Source: Nitrospirota bacterium
GTDB lineage: Bacteria; Nitrospirota; Nitrospiria; SBBL01; JAADHI01
Reading direction: 5' to 3'
NCBI GenBank assembly: GCA_029261165.1
Contig: JAJDBV010000001.1
Location: 62,569-126,568 of the forward strand
DNA length: 64,000 bases
A program made the translations under genes and the position numbers. Every line of letters begins with the position of its first letter. Positions within the stretch are counted from its first letter, which is position 1. Of this stretch, positions 19,184 through 29,010 are shown in pieces. The notes below the pieces were generated by a model. That model had not been told where the DNA came from. It was given only the letters and a program-made list of their open reading frames with translations, and ran no database searches.

Positions 19184-20209
19184 ATGGAAAGTTTTAAACA
19201 GATCAGGACGGTCTCTTCTTTTATTTTCGTGTTGACCATTGGGACCATGTTATCAGTGCATGTCCTGGCATCAGAACTGGATCAGACAAAAACGGTTTCC
19301 ATTCAAACGCCTACCCCCTGTCACATCGTCGAAAAGATCGAACAACCGAAGGTGTATTTAATCAGCGCGACCGAGCAGTGTGTTCAGATGATCGGCCTCC
19401 TACAAATTACGATAAGTGCTACCTACAACAAAGTTCAGGTTTATATCGATGGAAAGTTCTGGCAAGAACAGGAAGTAGAGACGATTAATCTTGGTGATGT
19501 CAGCGGTCTGTTAGATCAAAGTCACGAGATAGAAAACAGTCTCATGCTTCCCCCAAGCAGATTTAAGAAAGAAGCGACAGAGAAGGCAGAGACATTAACG
19601 CAATTTTTCTCTTCAGAAACCTATCAAGGAAGACTTCGTGAAGAAACGGATCGATTAAAGAGAGAGGTCTTTAACCTCCCTTTAGAGGATTTTCCGCAAC
19701 CGGAAGATGCGGGATCGGAGACAGGACAACGAGAATACTTGTCACAATCGGAGAGGATCTATATTTTCATCTCCTCTGCAATGCCGATCCGTACCTTACG
19801 CAACTACGCCGCAGATCTGGATCACCTGGGCGATCCAAATGTCTCGATGGTCATGCGGGGGTTTATCGGAGGCATGAAGCATGTCAAGCCGACCCTCGAT
19901 TTTGTCTCAAGGCTGATCGTGAAAGATCCCGCTTGCAGGGTGAAGGAAGAACAGTGTCCGGCACACCGGATCAACCTGCAGATCGACCCCTTGCTTTTCA
20001 GGAAATACAAGATTGCCCGTGTGCCCGCCCTCGTTTATGTCCCTTCCCTTTCTTCTCAAGATCAACAGGCGAGTGAAGGGCTCGATGAGGTGCCGCCCCA
20101 TACGACGCTTTATGGGGACGCATCCCTGGAATACCTCATCGAAACGCTGCATCGAAACAATAAGCGGGAATCACTGAATCAAATGCTTAAATCGTTTACG
20201 GGAGATTAG
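19184..20209 (+). CDS. trbC: TrbC-like (F-type) pilin assembly protein with extended N-terminal region
   Basis: Starts at ATG 19184 after AGGAG. The C-terminal IYIFISSAMP...MVMRGFIGG...IDPLLFRKYKIARVPALVYV matches the TrbC_Ftype pattern. The upstream part of the track ORF overlaps traU and is rejected. Confidence 0.65.
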   Translation: MESFKQIRTVSSFIFVLTIGTMLSVHVLASELDQTKTVSIQTPTPCHIVEKIEQPKVYLISATEQCVQMIGLLQITISATYNKVQVYIDGKFWQEQEVETINLGDVSGLLDQSHEIENSLMLPPSRFKKEATEKAETLTQFFSSETYQGRLREETDRLKREVFNLPLEDFPQPEDAGSETGQREYLSQSERIYIFISSAMPIRTLRNYAADLDHLGDPNVSMVMRGFIGGMKHVKPTLDFVSRLIVKDPACRVKEEQCPAHRINLQIDPLLFRKYKIARVPALVYVPSLSSQDQQASEGLDEVPPHTTLYGDASLEYLIETLHRNNKRESLNQMLKSFTGD

Positions 20210-20218
20210 AGAAAACCG

Positions 20219-20521
20219 ATGGCGGACAATCAAGCAAAATGGCCCTGTTTCCACTGGTTCTTTACCGTGTTGATCGCGGTGACGATCTCACTCCTCTGTC
20301 TCTTTGTCTATGACACATATTATGCTCCGAAGATCATCACCGTTGATCTCAAGGGCTATATGGCAGAACAGAAAAAGCTCTATCTCTCAGGGCAGATAGA
20401 TGATGCGGCCTTGAAGGAAAACATCGATCAATTACAGAAGAAGATAAAATCCGTTCCCGAAAATACAATCGTCTTAATCGAAGAAGTGGTGGTCAGCGAT
20501 GCAGCAACCCTCACCCCATAG
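20219..20521 (+). CDS. Small single-TM protein, possibly TrbI-like
   Basis: 100 aa with an N-terminal TM helix and a charged helical tail. The call rests on position within the tra operon only. Confidence 0.35.
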   Translation: MADNQAKWPCFHWFFTVLIAVTISLLCLFVYDTYYAPKIITVDLKGYMAEQKKLYLSGQIDDAALKENIDQLQKKIKSVPENTIVLIEEVVVSDAATLTP

Positions 20522-20975
20522 GCTCTTTATCTTTATGTGCGTCCTTGTTGCCGCAGGCACATCGATCCCTGAGCGGATCAGCGTGACGATCACGCCCTCG
20601 CTTCGAAACCGGATCTTTTTGCTGGATCGATACCCCAACACCGGGAGCATCCAAAAGAATCAATACGTCCTTTTTATTTTACGGTCCGAAATTATTGAAG
20701 GTTCCAAAACCAATAAAGTTATTAAGAAAGTGGCTTGTGTTCAAGGCGACGAATTGTTTGTTCGTGAACGATCCTATTTCTGCAACGATCGTTATTTGGG
20801 TGCGGCGAAGGAATACTCCCTGAAGGGTGAAAAATTAACTCATTTCCCCTTTCAGGGGATCATCCCGGAAGGAAAGCTGTTTGTATTTTCAAATCATGTC
20901 GACAGTTTTGATTCCCGGTATTTTGGATTTGTGAGGAGAGACGATGTCCTGGCGATTGCTCATCCCATTCTTTAG
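20499..20975 (+). CDS. S26-family conjugative signal peptidase (TraF/TrhF type)
   Basis: 158 aa. ITPSLRN (Ser region), KKVACVQGDEL (Lys box) and SFDSRYFGFV motifs match LepB/TraF-like peptidases. Confidence 0.7.
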   Translation: MQQPSPHRLFIFMCVLVAAGTSIPERISVTITPSLRNRIFLLDRYPNTGSIQKNQYVLFILRSEIIEGSKTNKVIKKVACVQGDELFVRERSYFCNDRYLGAAKEYSLKGEKLTHFPFQGIIPEGKLFVFSNHVDSFDSRYFGFVRRDDVLAIAHPIL

Positions 20976-21807
20976 CGTGCTTTTGTGTTGCAACGATCTA
21001 AATGCGGCTGAAATAAAGCGATCAGAAGACCTAAACTCGAATCCGAAGCGTGGATGGTGGTGGTATGAGATTTTACCCAGCGAAGAAGAAAACGTCGATA
21101 ATCAGGAGAGGATCTTGCCGTCTCTCTCGGATTATTCATTAGAGAAGCTCTGGGAGATGCACCCGGATGAGTTTCAAAGTCTCCTGCTGAAAATCCACAA
21201 AAAGGCGGTCATGACCCTCAAAGAAAACGATGTCCGGGACTATCTCGTGATTCAGGACATCGCCCGTAGAAAGGCCCTGGCCTTCACCAACGTCAATGCG
21301 ATGATCGTCCAGAAATATCCGGGATTGTCCCTAGAAGCGGACTTTCCGACCGTCCTTCCGGGGAGAAACGCCAAGGTCAGGCAAGAGCGGATGGAAATCG
21401 AGACGGAGCTGGAACGATCCCGGAAAGACTTCGCCCTGATCTACTTCTATTCTCCGGTCTGTCATTTCTGCACCGAACAGAGCCGGATCTTGAACTTTTT
21501 TCTCACGAAGTATCCGTGGGAAGTCAGAAAGGTTGATATTACGAAGCAACCTGAACTGGCTGAAAATCTCGGCGTGCGCGGCGTTCCCTATCTCCTATTG
21601 ATCTCAAAAAAGAATCAAGAAACGATCCCGATTTCAGCCGGGGTCATTTCCCTTAAAACACTGGAGAAACGTCTCTTCAGAGGGATACGCCTGATCAACA
21701 AGGAGACAACGCCGGAAGGATACTCGATGTTTGAATATGAACGCGGGGGTGGATTCGATGCGACAGCCCCACTCAAAGTCAATGGAGTCCCGCACCCGAA
21801 ACGATAA
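20944..21807 (+). CDS. traF: TraF/TrbB-like thioredoxin-fold protein
   Basis: 287 aa, signal peptide, thioredoxin-like C-terminal domain with a CHFC active site. Position is upstream of traH. Confidence 0.75.
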   Translation: MSWRLLIPFFSVLLCCNDLNAAEIKRSEDLNSNPKRGWWWYEILPSEEENVDNQERILPSLSDYSLEKLWEMHPDEFQSLLLKIHKKAVMTLKENDVRDYLVIQDIARRKALAFTNVNAMIVQKYPGLSLEADFPTVLPGRNAKVRQERMEIETELERSRKDFALIYFYSPVCHFCTEQSRILNFFLTKYPWEVRKVDITKQPELAENLGVRGVPYLLLISKKNQETIPISAGVISLKTLEKRLFRGIRLINKETTPEGYSMFEYERGGGFDATAPLKVNGVPHPKR

Positions 21808-21832
21808 AAAGACGAAAATAAAAGGAGTCATT

Positions 21833-23263
21833 ATGGGCCGAATCTTTCTGACGATATTATTTCTTTTGATGACGCAATCGACAAGCTTCTCAGCCGGTTG
21901 GGTCGATGACTGGATCAACCAGAAGACCGTTGTCTCTCCCGGCTCTTTCAATGGGCAGAAGCGGGGTTACCTGAACGGCGGGAGTTTTTCCGCCCGCTGG
22001 TTCAACAGCAATGATTACCCGGTGTCGGTCAGTCCACCCAGGATCAAATCGGGTTGTGGCGGGATTGACGCCTTTGCCGGAGGGATCTCTTTTATGAATT
22101 TCGATCACCTCGTGAAAAAGCTACAAGCAATGGTGACCAATGCGCCCGCCGTCGCCTTCGACCTCGCCTTCAACGTCCTTTGTGAACCCTGCGCAAAGTC
22201 GATCAAATCCTTCGAGGCAATCACCGACACGCTCAACCAACTGCAATTTAATGACTGTCAGTCTTCGCAGGTCCTGGTCGCAAGGTCTTTCCAGGCGCTT
22301 GGATCAGATAACGGAAAGGTCCGGGCAATGGCGGAGAGTGATTTTTCTCTCACTTCAGGCGTCCAGGATCTTCGGAAGGATCTGACCGACATCTGGAGCG
22401 CCAACAACAATCAGCCGCAAACAAGCGATGCGACGCAGATTGCGGGCTGTCCTACAGATCTAAAAGATGTTTTTGCAACACCAGGGCGGACGGTCCTTGA
22501 AGGGATCGCGCTTAAGAAGAGTTATTCGACAACATACATCGATCTTGCCCGTGGTTTTACAGGTGATATCGAAATCTCCCAAATCACCTCTCCCAATGGC
22601 ACGGTTCAGATCGTTCCGCGGTTCATTCCCCCTTGTGAACAGAACAAGGCCGATTCCATCGATAACTTTTTTACAGGCCAGGCCTATCAACGGCCCTCGG
22701 ACGGCGGGACCTGCACGGTAATCACCGACGCCAATGCAAATCTCATTGCATGGGCAACAACGATCATGCAGGGGATCACCAATAAGATGGAGACCGGGAC
22801 ATCCTTGACGGCGACAGAGGTTGCCTTTATCGACAGTCTTCCGCTCCCAGTCTATTCAGCCCTCAAATTCGGCGTGGCGACCGATCAGACGGCGAACACC
22901 ATCGGGATGCTTTCCGAGGTCACGGCGCGGGCCTACGCCTTCAGCATGATGGCCGATCTTTACCATCTGACGACACAAGGCATCCATACCGCGCAGGCGA
23001 TCATCTCAAAGCAGGGCCAGTCAACTGGCCCGACCTGCCAAATGGACCTATTCGAACCCGCGATCCAATCGACGCATGAACTGACATTCCGCATTCATGA
23101 TTCATTAAAACGCCTGCAACGTGCTTATGCCTCAATGACCAGTGAGATCAACGCCATTATGGAGGTTTCAAACCGCTTCGATCAATTCAACACCACTGCG
23201 AGAGGAAGGCTTTCACAATTGTTCAATCCTTCCCTCGCCAACATGGCCCTTGGAGGAAATTAA
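21833..23263 (+). CDS. traH: TraH-like protein
   Basis: Signal peptide from ATG 21833 (AAAGGAG upstream). GCGGIDAFAGGISFMNFD motif as in TraH. Confidence 0.85.
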   Translation: MGRIFLTILFLLMTQSTSFSAGWVDDWINQKTVVSPGSFNGQKRGYLNGGSFSARWFNSNDYPVSVSPPRIKSGCGGIDAFAGGISFMNFDHLVKKLQAMVTNAPAVAFDLAFNVLCEPCAKSIKSFEAITDTLNQLQFNDCQSSQVLVARSFQALGSDNGKVRAMAESDFSLTSGVQDLRKDLTDIWSANNNQPQTSDATQIAGCPTDLKDVFATPGRTVLEGIALKKSYSTTYIDLARGFTGDIEISQITSPNGTVQIVPRFIPPCEQNKADSIDNFFTGQAYQRPSDGGTCTVITDANANLIAWATTIMQGITNKMETGTSLTATEVAFIDSLPLPVYSALKFGVATDQTANTIGMLSEVTARAYAFSMMADLYHLTTQGIHTAQAIISKQGQSTGPTCQMDLFEPAIQSTHELTFRIHDSLKRLQRAYASMTSEINAIMEVSNRFDQFNTTARGRLSQLFNPSLANMALGGN

Positions 23264-23267
23264 ACGA

Positions 23268-26200
23268 ATGCGTTTTAAGACCACATTGCTCTTTTGCTTT
23301 GCCCTCCTGATGGCTTCGGTCTCTCCGGCCTCGGCCCTGGAGATGGAATACTATACCTACAACGGCTTTGGTCCAGTCGTCAGTGCGTTCTCGAAAACCG
23401 CCCTGATCTTCAGCGACGCGGCCTATCGTGGGCTTTTTTTCACGGTGATCGTCATGGGGATCCTGTTCGGTGGCGCCGCAGTCTATTTTGCAAATCGGAG
23501 CGGGCGGCCTTCTCCTTTATCCTGGGTCGTCCCTGTCCTCTTCGGTGTGGTTTTCTATCTGGCATTGATCCTTCCGACCGGATCGCTGCATATCTATGAC
23601 CCAGTGAAAAACCAGTATCAGGAGGTCGCCGGTATCCCGGACGGCATTGTTCTCATTACCGGTACTTTGAACAAGATTCAGCGGGGCCTGGTCGATATCG
23701 TCTCGACAGCGGGTGATCCGGTCGGCTACCAGGCGCAGGCGGGAGGCGCCGGCTTCGATATGCTCCTGAATGTTCACTCCAAGGGGGTGCTTCTTGCGGA
23801 TCACTACATCCATCAATCGCTCAGAAAATATATCGAGGATTGCGTCTTTTTTGAGCTCATGAGGCCGGGAACGACACTCACGGTGAATCAATTCGCCAAC
23901 AACGCCGATTTCATTCCGTTCTTTGACGCGGCCGCCAATCCCGCGATTTTCACGGTCTTTTTTGAGGACGCCGTGCCGGAAGGGGTCACCATGACCTGTG
24001 CGGCCGCCGTCACAGAGATCAAGACGAAGATCACCGGTCCGGCACAGTTTGAAAATACGACCAAGGCGAGATGCGCGGAGGCCGGTTTCGATCCGACGAT
24101 CCCTGTTGAATATACGACCTGCAAATCGATGCTCTCGAACTTGGTTAGCTGGTTTGAAGGGGCCGCCTTTGATGTCACACAAATTTACCGCCAGAAATTG
24201 ATCGCAGAAGAGATCAATAATGTCGTCCTGGCGGCCAGTCCCGATACGGCAATTCAACTGCTCGGATCTCGAAATACGGGGACCGCAATGCTCTCCGCAG
24301 GCATGATGGCCAATGAGTGGATCCCGATCATCCGGGCGGTGACGACTGCGATTGCCATCGGCATCATCCCGATTCTGGTGATCTTTATCCCGACGCCGAT
24401 TTTCTTAAAAGCATTGTCTCTCATTGCCGGTTTTTTTATCTGGCTTGCCGCCTGGGGCGTGACCGATGCGATCGCGCATCAATTCGCGATCGATTATGCC
24501 GCCACCGTTTTCGAAGAGGTGAGGCAGTACCAACTGGGTCTGACGGCGATCTCTTCGTTTGGGACCGCCTCGCTTAAAACACTGGCCGCTTTCGGCGCCA
24601 TTCGTTGGTCCGGATTGATGTTGGCCACCGTGATCACCACCACGTTGATCCGTTTCGGGGGACATGCGCTCAGCTATCTGGCGGGACAACTGACGGCGAC
24701 ACCGAAACAAAAGGGGGAATCGGTCGGAGAACTGGCCAAACCGGAAGGGGCGGCCACGGCGCTTAAATCGCTTGAGGAGTCCCCTCCTGTGATGGCGAAT
24801 GCCCATAAATTTAACTTCAATCGAAGGATCAGTTCGAAGACGAGCCGGTTGGCCAAGGGGATCGGGGAAGGGATCGGATTCGGGACCCAGGAGCAGGGTT
24901 TTGCGACGGGACAGACAGAAGGGCAATTTGCGCGTGGCGCGGCGGTTGGGAAAGAACGGTTCGCTCAAGATGTTGCAGGCGGCGATGTGCCGGCCGCCGG
25001 AGAAGTGTCAGCCTACTTCCATGAGAGTTCACGTTTTGGACGGAGTGAAGGGGCGTTTCAATTGGGTAAGCAAGTATTCGGCATTGATACGCCGTCCGAG
25101 GCCGCATCTTTTGAGGCAACAGGAAAGTTGATTACACCCGAAATGGCGGCCTACGCGGAAAAGCAAGGATTCAGCGGTGTTGTTCCAGGGATGCACCTGA
25201 CCCATGCCGGGTTTAACCCGAAAACAGGGGAGGCCGCTTCGATGTCCTTTTCGGGACCCGTTACGAACGACAATCTCAATGCCATAAAAGACCTCGCAGA
25301 ACGGAACGGCCACGACAGCGCCTCTCAACTTTTGCAGCCCGGAATGATCGCGTCCTTCACGATCAATCCTCAGAACGGCAAAGGCACCTTTCATGCCACT
25401 GACAGCACCGCCGTGCAGAGTGAAGATTTTGGCGAAACAACTATTAATGCCGGCAAGGGGCTCACGGTCGATACACCCCAAGGGAGTTTTCACCTAAAGT
25501 CGGGAAAGGTTCAACAGGTTGGCGGACAGGTCTACATCAACGGCAGCACTGAAGATGGAAAAAAGGTTCAGCTCGAAGGAGCATTATCCGATGGTTATAC
25601 GGTGATTCCCGGGTTGAAGCAAAATAAAGACGGCACGGTCCAAATGAGTTCAAAACGTGGAGACTCGCTCTATGAATACCAATGGAAAGGGCTCCGGTCC
25701 ACGGAGGATGGCATGCTTCGAACCGGTCTTGTCAAAGACCGGGATGGAGACATCTCCCACATTGCGCTGAATCTCACACATGCGGAGACCCAGCAAGGGA
25801 TTCGCGGTTATGAAACACTCGATTCGGACGGTCTGGAAAAGTTAGCGGGTGTCGTGAGATCCGAGGGGGGACCGGTCAATGTCGCGGATACACTGGAGCA
25901 TCTTGCTTCGGAGGGAAGATCTGCAGACGTGGCATTCTCTAAAACGACAGGCGGAGACAGCGGATTCGGAACTTTGTCTGTGAATGCCGGAGGAAGCGCG
26001 ATAACACGAGACTTCTCGCTCTCACAAAGCGGATGGGAGACAATTTCCAAAGCCCACAGCAGCAGTTTGAGCGGGAGAAGGGATGTTTCAGAAGACGTGT
26101 CTAAGAGGTCCGTCGATCATGGCGTCAGTATCGGATCTGCCATGCAGATGGCTCTCAATAGAGATCCGGCGATTGCGTCATTTGTCTCGGATCCTGATAT

Positions 26201-26618
26201 TGCCAAGAACCAACCGAATACCTTTAATGCGAATGTCGCAACAACAGCCAGAAATCTTGCAAGCGATCTTGGGGGTTTTATAACGAAGAAGGGGGCAGAT
26301 ATTGGGCATCTAAGTGGGGAACTAGGGGTGCGTACAGCTATCGGGGGAGGTGGCAGTGTCGGGAAAATGTCAAGAGAGAGCGAAGTAACTGACCTCCTTA
26401 CCGGAGAATATGATCGGTTGATCCGAAATTCCTTCCAAGAAGCGAACGACCGAGGACTAAATAAATTGGAAACAGGAAAATTTATCAGCAGTAAAATTGG
26501 GGATTATACTCAACAAATTTATGACAAAACCAGGACATTAACAACTCAAGATTTTGGAGCCGATGCAGGAATTGGAGGGATTAAGAGGTTGGTGAATGAT
26601 CCATCAGACGATAAATAA
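23268..26618 (+). CDS. traG: TraG-like (F-type TraG) pilus assembly / mating-pair stabilisation protein
   Basis: About 1116 aa from ATG 23268. Signal peptide, a multi-TM N-terminal half and a large soluble C-terminal half. It is the last gene of the traF-H-G trio. Confidence 0.85.
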   Translation: MRFKTTLLFCFALLMASVSPASALEMEYYTYNGFGPVVSAFSKTALIFSDAAYRGLFFTVIVMGILFGGAAVYFANRSGRPSPLSWVVPVLFGVVFYLALILPTGSLHIYDPVKNQYQEVAGIPDGIVLITGTLNKIQRGLVDIVSTAGDPVGYQAQAGGAGFDMLLNVHSKGVLLADHYIHQSLRKYIEDCVFFELMRPGTTLTVNQFANNADFIPFFDAAANPAIFTVFFEDAVPEGVTMTCAAAVTEIKTKITGPAQFENTTKARCAEAGFDPTIPVEYTTCKSMLSNLVSWFEGAAFDVTQIYRQKLIAEEINNVVLAASPDTAIQLLGSRNTGTAMLSAGMMANEWIPIIRAVTTAIAIGIIPILVIFIPTPIFLKALSLIAGFFIWLAAWGVTDAIAHQFAIDYAATVFEEVRQYQLGLTAISSFGTASLKTLAAFGAIRWSGLMLATVITTTLIRFGGHALSYLAGQLTATPKQKGESVGELAKPEGAATALKSLEESPPVMANAHKFNFNRRISSKTSRLAKGIGEGIGFGTQEQGFATGQTEGQFARGAAVGKERFAQDVAGGDVPAAGEVSAYFHESSRFGRSEGAFQLGKQVFGIDTPSEAASFEATGKLITPEMAAYAEKQGFSGVVPGMHLTHAGFNPKTGEAASMSFSGPVTNDNLNAIKDLAERNGHDSASQLLQPGMIASFTINPQNGKGTFHATDSTAVQSEDFGETTINAGKGLTVDTPQGSFHLKSGKVQQVGGQVYINGSTEDGKKVQLEGALSDGYTVIPGLKQNKDGTVQMSSKRGDSLYEYQWKGLRSTEDGMLRTGLVKDRDGDISHIALNLTHAETQQGIRGYETLDSDGLEKLAGVVRSEGGPVNVADTLEHLASEGRSADVAFSKTTGGDSGFGTLSVNAGGSAITRDFSLSQSGWETISKAHSSSLSGRRDVSEDVSKRSVDHGVSIGSAMQMALNRDPAIASFVSDPDIAKNQPNTFNANVATTARNLASDLGGFITKKGADIGHLSGELGVRTAIGGGGSVGKMSRESEVTDLLTGEYDRLIRNSFQEANDRGLNKLETGKFISSKIGDYTQQIYDKTRTLTTQDFGADAGIGGIKRLVNDPSDDK

Positions 26619-26620
26619 AC

Positions 26621-26863
26621 CTAATTGCTTGCAAAGCCATCGTCATAGCCTACATCACCTGGAGAAAGTCCCTGATTCAAGGGATCAAGCGGGTCTTGCG
26701 GGTCATGTATTGGACGATCATCTGATCCCATTTTAAAGACCTGAGAGACATCCCTTGATAGGAGCGCGCGAACGAACCGTCTGATAGCGAAAATAATCGA
26801 AAAGCCAACAATAACGGTCAATACAACGCCGATCATTATTCTATTCTCCTTTGTCTTTGCCAC
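26621..26863 (-). CDS. Small single-TM protein convergent with traG (candidate entry-exclusion factor)
   Basis: 80 aa with one N-terminal TM helix (IMIGVVLTVIVGFSIIFAI) and an acidic, Pro-rich tail. Its stop lies 3 nt from the traG stop. Confidence 0.5.
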   Translation of the reverse strand: MAKTKENRIMIGVVLTVIVGFSIIFAIRRFVRALLSRDVSQVFKMGSDDRPIHDPQDPLDPLNQGLSPGDVGYDDGFASN

Positions 26864-26900
26864 ATGGATAAAAGACTACTGCGTCAGGCCAAGAAAGTCA

Positions 26901-27329
26901 ATGAGGTACCTATCTATAATATTTGCCGCAATACTCCTCCTTGCAATTCCCCGCATAGGTCACGCCTTTTGCTTTGAAGAGGCTGGAGGGATGTACGGGG
27001 TTTCACCGCGACTCCTCTGGGCCATTGCCAAAGTGGAATCCGACTTCAATCCGGATGCAATCAATCGAAACAGAAACGGGAGTTATGATGTCGGGCTCAT
27101 GCAGATTAATTCCTGGTGGGAAAAAAGGTTAGGGAATGACTTGTGGAAATCGTTAAAGAATCCCTGCCAGAACGTGAAAGTGGGGGCATGGGTGTTGGCA
27201 CAGTGCATTCAACGGTTCGGGCGCACATGGAAGGGGATCGGATGCTACAACACCTCCAACGACGCGAAGCGTGCAAAGTACGCGAAAAAAGTCTTTGCCA
27301 CTTTAAGGCAATTAAACAATATGAAATAG
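26901..27329 (+). CDS. Lytic transglycosylase (VirB1/P19-like)
   Basis: 142 aa, signal peptide, SLT catalytic region AIAKVESDFNPDAIN...GSYDVGLMQIN. Confidence 0.8.
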   Translation: MRYLSIIFAAILLLAIPRIGHAFCFEEAGGMYGVSPRLLWAIAKVESDFNPDAINRNRNGSYDVGLMQINSWWEKRLGNDLWKSLKNPCQNVKVGAWVLAQCIQRFGRTWKGIGCYNTSNDAKRAKYAKKVFATLRQLNNMK

Positions 27330-27342
27330 GAAGGAACGACTG

Positions 27343-27786
27343 GTGGAAGATTGGCAACTCTGGTTTATCGTCGGAATAGGTCTGGTCATTTTAGAAACAT
27401 TTATCCCCGGCTTCGTCCTTGCCGGTGTTGGTATCGCTTGTCTTGTTTCAGCATTGGCATCTTATTTGGGTATGGGATACGGGATCCAAGGCCTTATTCT
27501 AATCAGCATGACCATGCTCTTTTTTATAACAATCCGACCGATATTCGTGAGGCTCGTTTACGCCTCTCCAGGAAATAAAAAAACGAACATCGACGCCCTC
27601 ATCGGGAAATCCGGCCTGGTCATTACCCGAATCGACCCGGTTACTCATAAGGGAAGAGTCCTGGTCGATGGTGAAGACTGGAAAGGGGTCTCCGAGGGAC
27701 CCGATGCCCATGAACAAAATGAAAGGGTCGAGGTCGTCAGGGTATCCGGAACGAAACTCATCGTCAAACGAAAGGAAGGGTCATAA
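27343..27786 (+). CDS. NfeD-family membrane protein
   Basis: 147 aa (GTG start). Three TM helices plus a C-terminal OB-like soluble domain. TAATG overlap with the downstream SPFH gene. Confidence 0.75.
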   Translation: MEDWQLWFIVGIGLVILETFIPGFVLAGVGIACLVSALASYLGMGYGIQGLILISMTMLFFITIRPIFVRLVYASPGNKKTNIDALIGKSGLVITRIDPVTHKGRVLVDGEDWKGVSEGPDAHEQNERVEVVRVSGTKLIVKRKEGS

Positions 27787-28745
27787 TGGCAACCATTATC
27801 ATTTATGGAATCTTGGTGCTCCTAATCGTGGTCTTCGCATCGCTGGGATTTAAAATCGTACAACAAGCGGAGACGATGGTCATTGAAAGACTGGGTGCCT
27901 ATCATAGAACGCTTCATCAGGGGATCAACTTCATCTGGCCAATCATCGACCAGCCGAGGGAAATAGATTGGAAATATATTCGAAACGATCTGAATGGAAA
28001 CAAGATCATTGAAATGAAAACGATCAACACGATCGATTTGAGAGAAACCGTCTACGATTTCCCACGACAGAACGTCATCACGAAAGACAATGTCGTTATG
28101 GAGATCAACGCGATCTTATACTTTCAGATCACCGATCCCCATAAGGTCGTCTACGAAATTGTCAACCTCCCAGACGCTATAGAAAAACTGACACAAACAA
28201 CATTGAGAAGCGTCATTGGAGAGATGGACCTCGATAAAACACTCAGCTCACGGGATACCGTCAACGACAAACTCAAAATGATCCTGGACGACGCGACCGA
28301 CAAGTGGGGCGTGAAAGTGACCCGCGTTGAACTTCAGGACATCCTGCCCCCGCGAGACATAAAAAATGCGATGGAGGCACAAATGCGGGCAGAACGGCAT
28401 AAACGTGCTGCGATCCTCAATGCGGAAGGGGCGAGGCAAGCCACCATCCTCGAAGCGGAAGGAATTAGAGAAGCCGCCATTAATAAAGCGGAAGGTGAAG
28501 CGAAAGCACGCATTCTGACAGCCGATGCCGAGGCCTCGGCGATCGACAAGATTACCAGGGCGATATCGGATGCGAAGGGAAACCCGGCACAATACCTCAT
28601 CGCAATACGGTACCTTGAGACCCTCAAAGAGATGGTCTCTGGAAAAGACAACAAGGTCATCTATCTGCCGTTCGAGGCGGCGGGTCTTCTCGGCTCCATC
28701 GGCGGCATTAAGGAAATGTTCAACGGGACGGCATTGACCCGATAG
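27786..28745 (+). CDS. SPFH/band-7 (stomatin-like) protein
   Basis: 319 aa. N-terminal TM helix, SPFH core, Ala/Glu-rich coiled coil (AEGEAKARILTADAEA). This is the classical NfeD-SPFH gene pair. Confidence 0.85.
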   Translation: MATIIIYGILVLLIVVFASLGFKIVQQAETMVIERLGAYHRTLHQGINFIWPIIDQPREIDWKYIRNDLNGNKIIEMKTINTIDLRETVYDFPRQNVITKDNVVMEINAILYFQITDPHKVVYEIVNLPDAIEKLTQTTLRSVIGEMDLDKTLSSRDTVNDKLKMILDDATDKWGVKVTRVELQDILPPRDIKNAMEAQMRAERHKRAAILNAEGARQATILEAEGIREAAINKAEGEAKARILTADAEASAIDKITRAISDAKGNPAQYLIAIRYLETLKEMVSGKDNKVIYLPFEAAGLLGSIGGIKEMFNGTALTR

Positions 28746-28760
28746 GAAAGGAAATAGCAA

Positions 28761-28982
28761 ATGGAACCGAAAAACGGAAATAAAAAACGACCCAAGAAGA
28801 CCAAAACTGATCTGGCCGTTTCACTTGATCAATTCTCATCTCAAGAACAGGCCTTGATCACGTTGGCGGCGGACAATAAAAACCAGTCCATCCCTGAATT
28901 CATGGCGGAGGGAGTTCGCTTTTTCATTAGGGAGATGGTTGAAATCAGGTTCAAACCAGATACGCCGTCTTTGGAACGATGA
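28761..28982 (+). CDS. Small basic protein, possibly ribbon-helix-helix DNA-binding
   Basis: 73 aa. A K/R-rich N-terminus is followed by DLAVSLDQFSSQEQALITLAA...IPEFMAEGVRFFI, which resembles a beta-strand/helix/helix layout. Weak RBS. Confidence 0.35.
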   Translation: MEPKNGNKKRPKKTKTDLAVSLDQFSSQEQALITLAADNKNQSIPEFMAEGVRFFIREMVEIRFKPDTPSLER

Positions 28983-29010
28983 TCTGGGTTCGAGAGGAGG
29001 TGATGCGGCC

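Larger units (their letters stand above)
1767..27329. mobile_element. Core of a conjugative element (ICE or integrated plasmid); true boundaries not identifiable in this window
   Basis: Contiguous T4CP, primase, replication-relaxation protein and a full F-like mating-pair-formation gene set. No integrase or att repeats seen. Confidence 0.7.

Noticed and set aside
23517-24257. 246-aa minus-strand ORF (and many other 60-200-aa ORFs, e.g. 13836..14414, 24405..24968, 25029..25493, 48040..48687, 43837..44343) lying antisense to or out of frame with large genes
   Set aside because: They are fully embedded in well-supported genes (traG, traC, pstA2, the ABC exporter). They have Arg/Gly/Pro-rich low-complexity translations typical of the antisense strand of GC-rich coding sequence, and lack RBS context.
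27343-28745. NfeD/SPFH pair as a phage-defence or toxin system
   Set aside because: This is a widespread housekeeping-type gene pair. Nothing in the sequence (no nuclease, NTPase or effector domain) supports a defence role.
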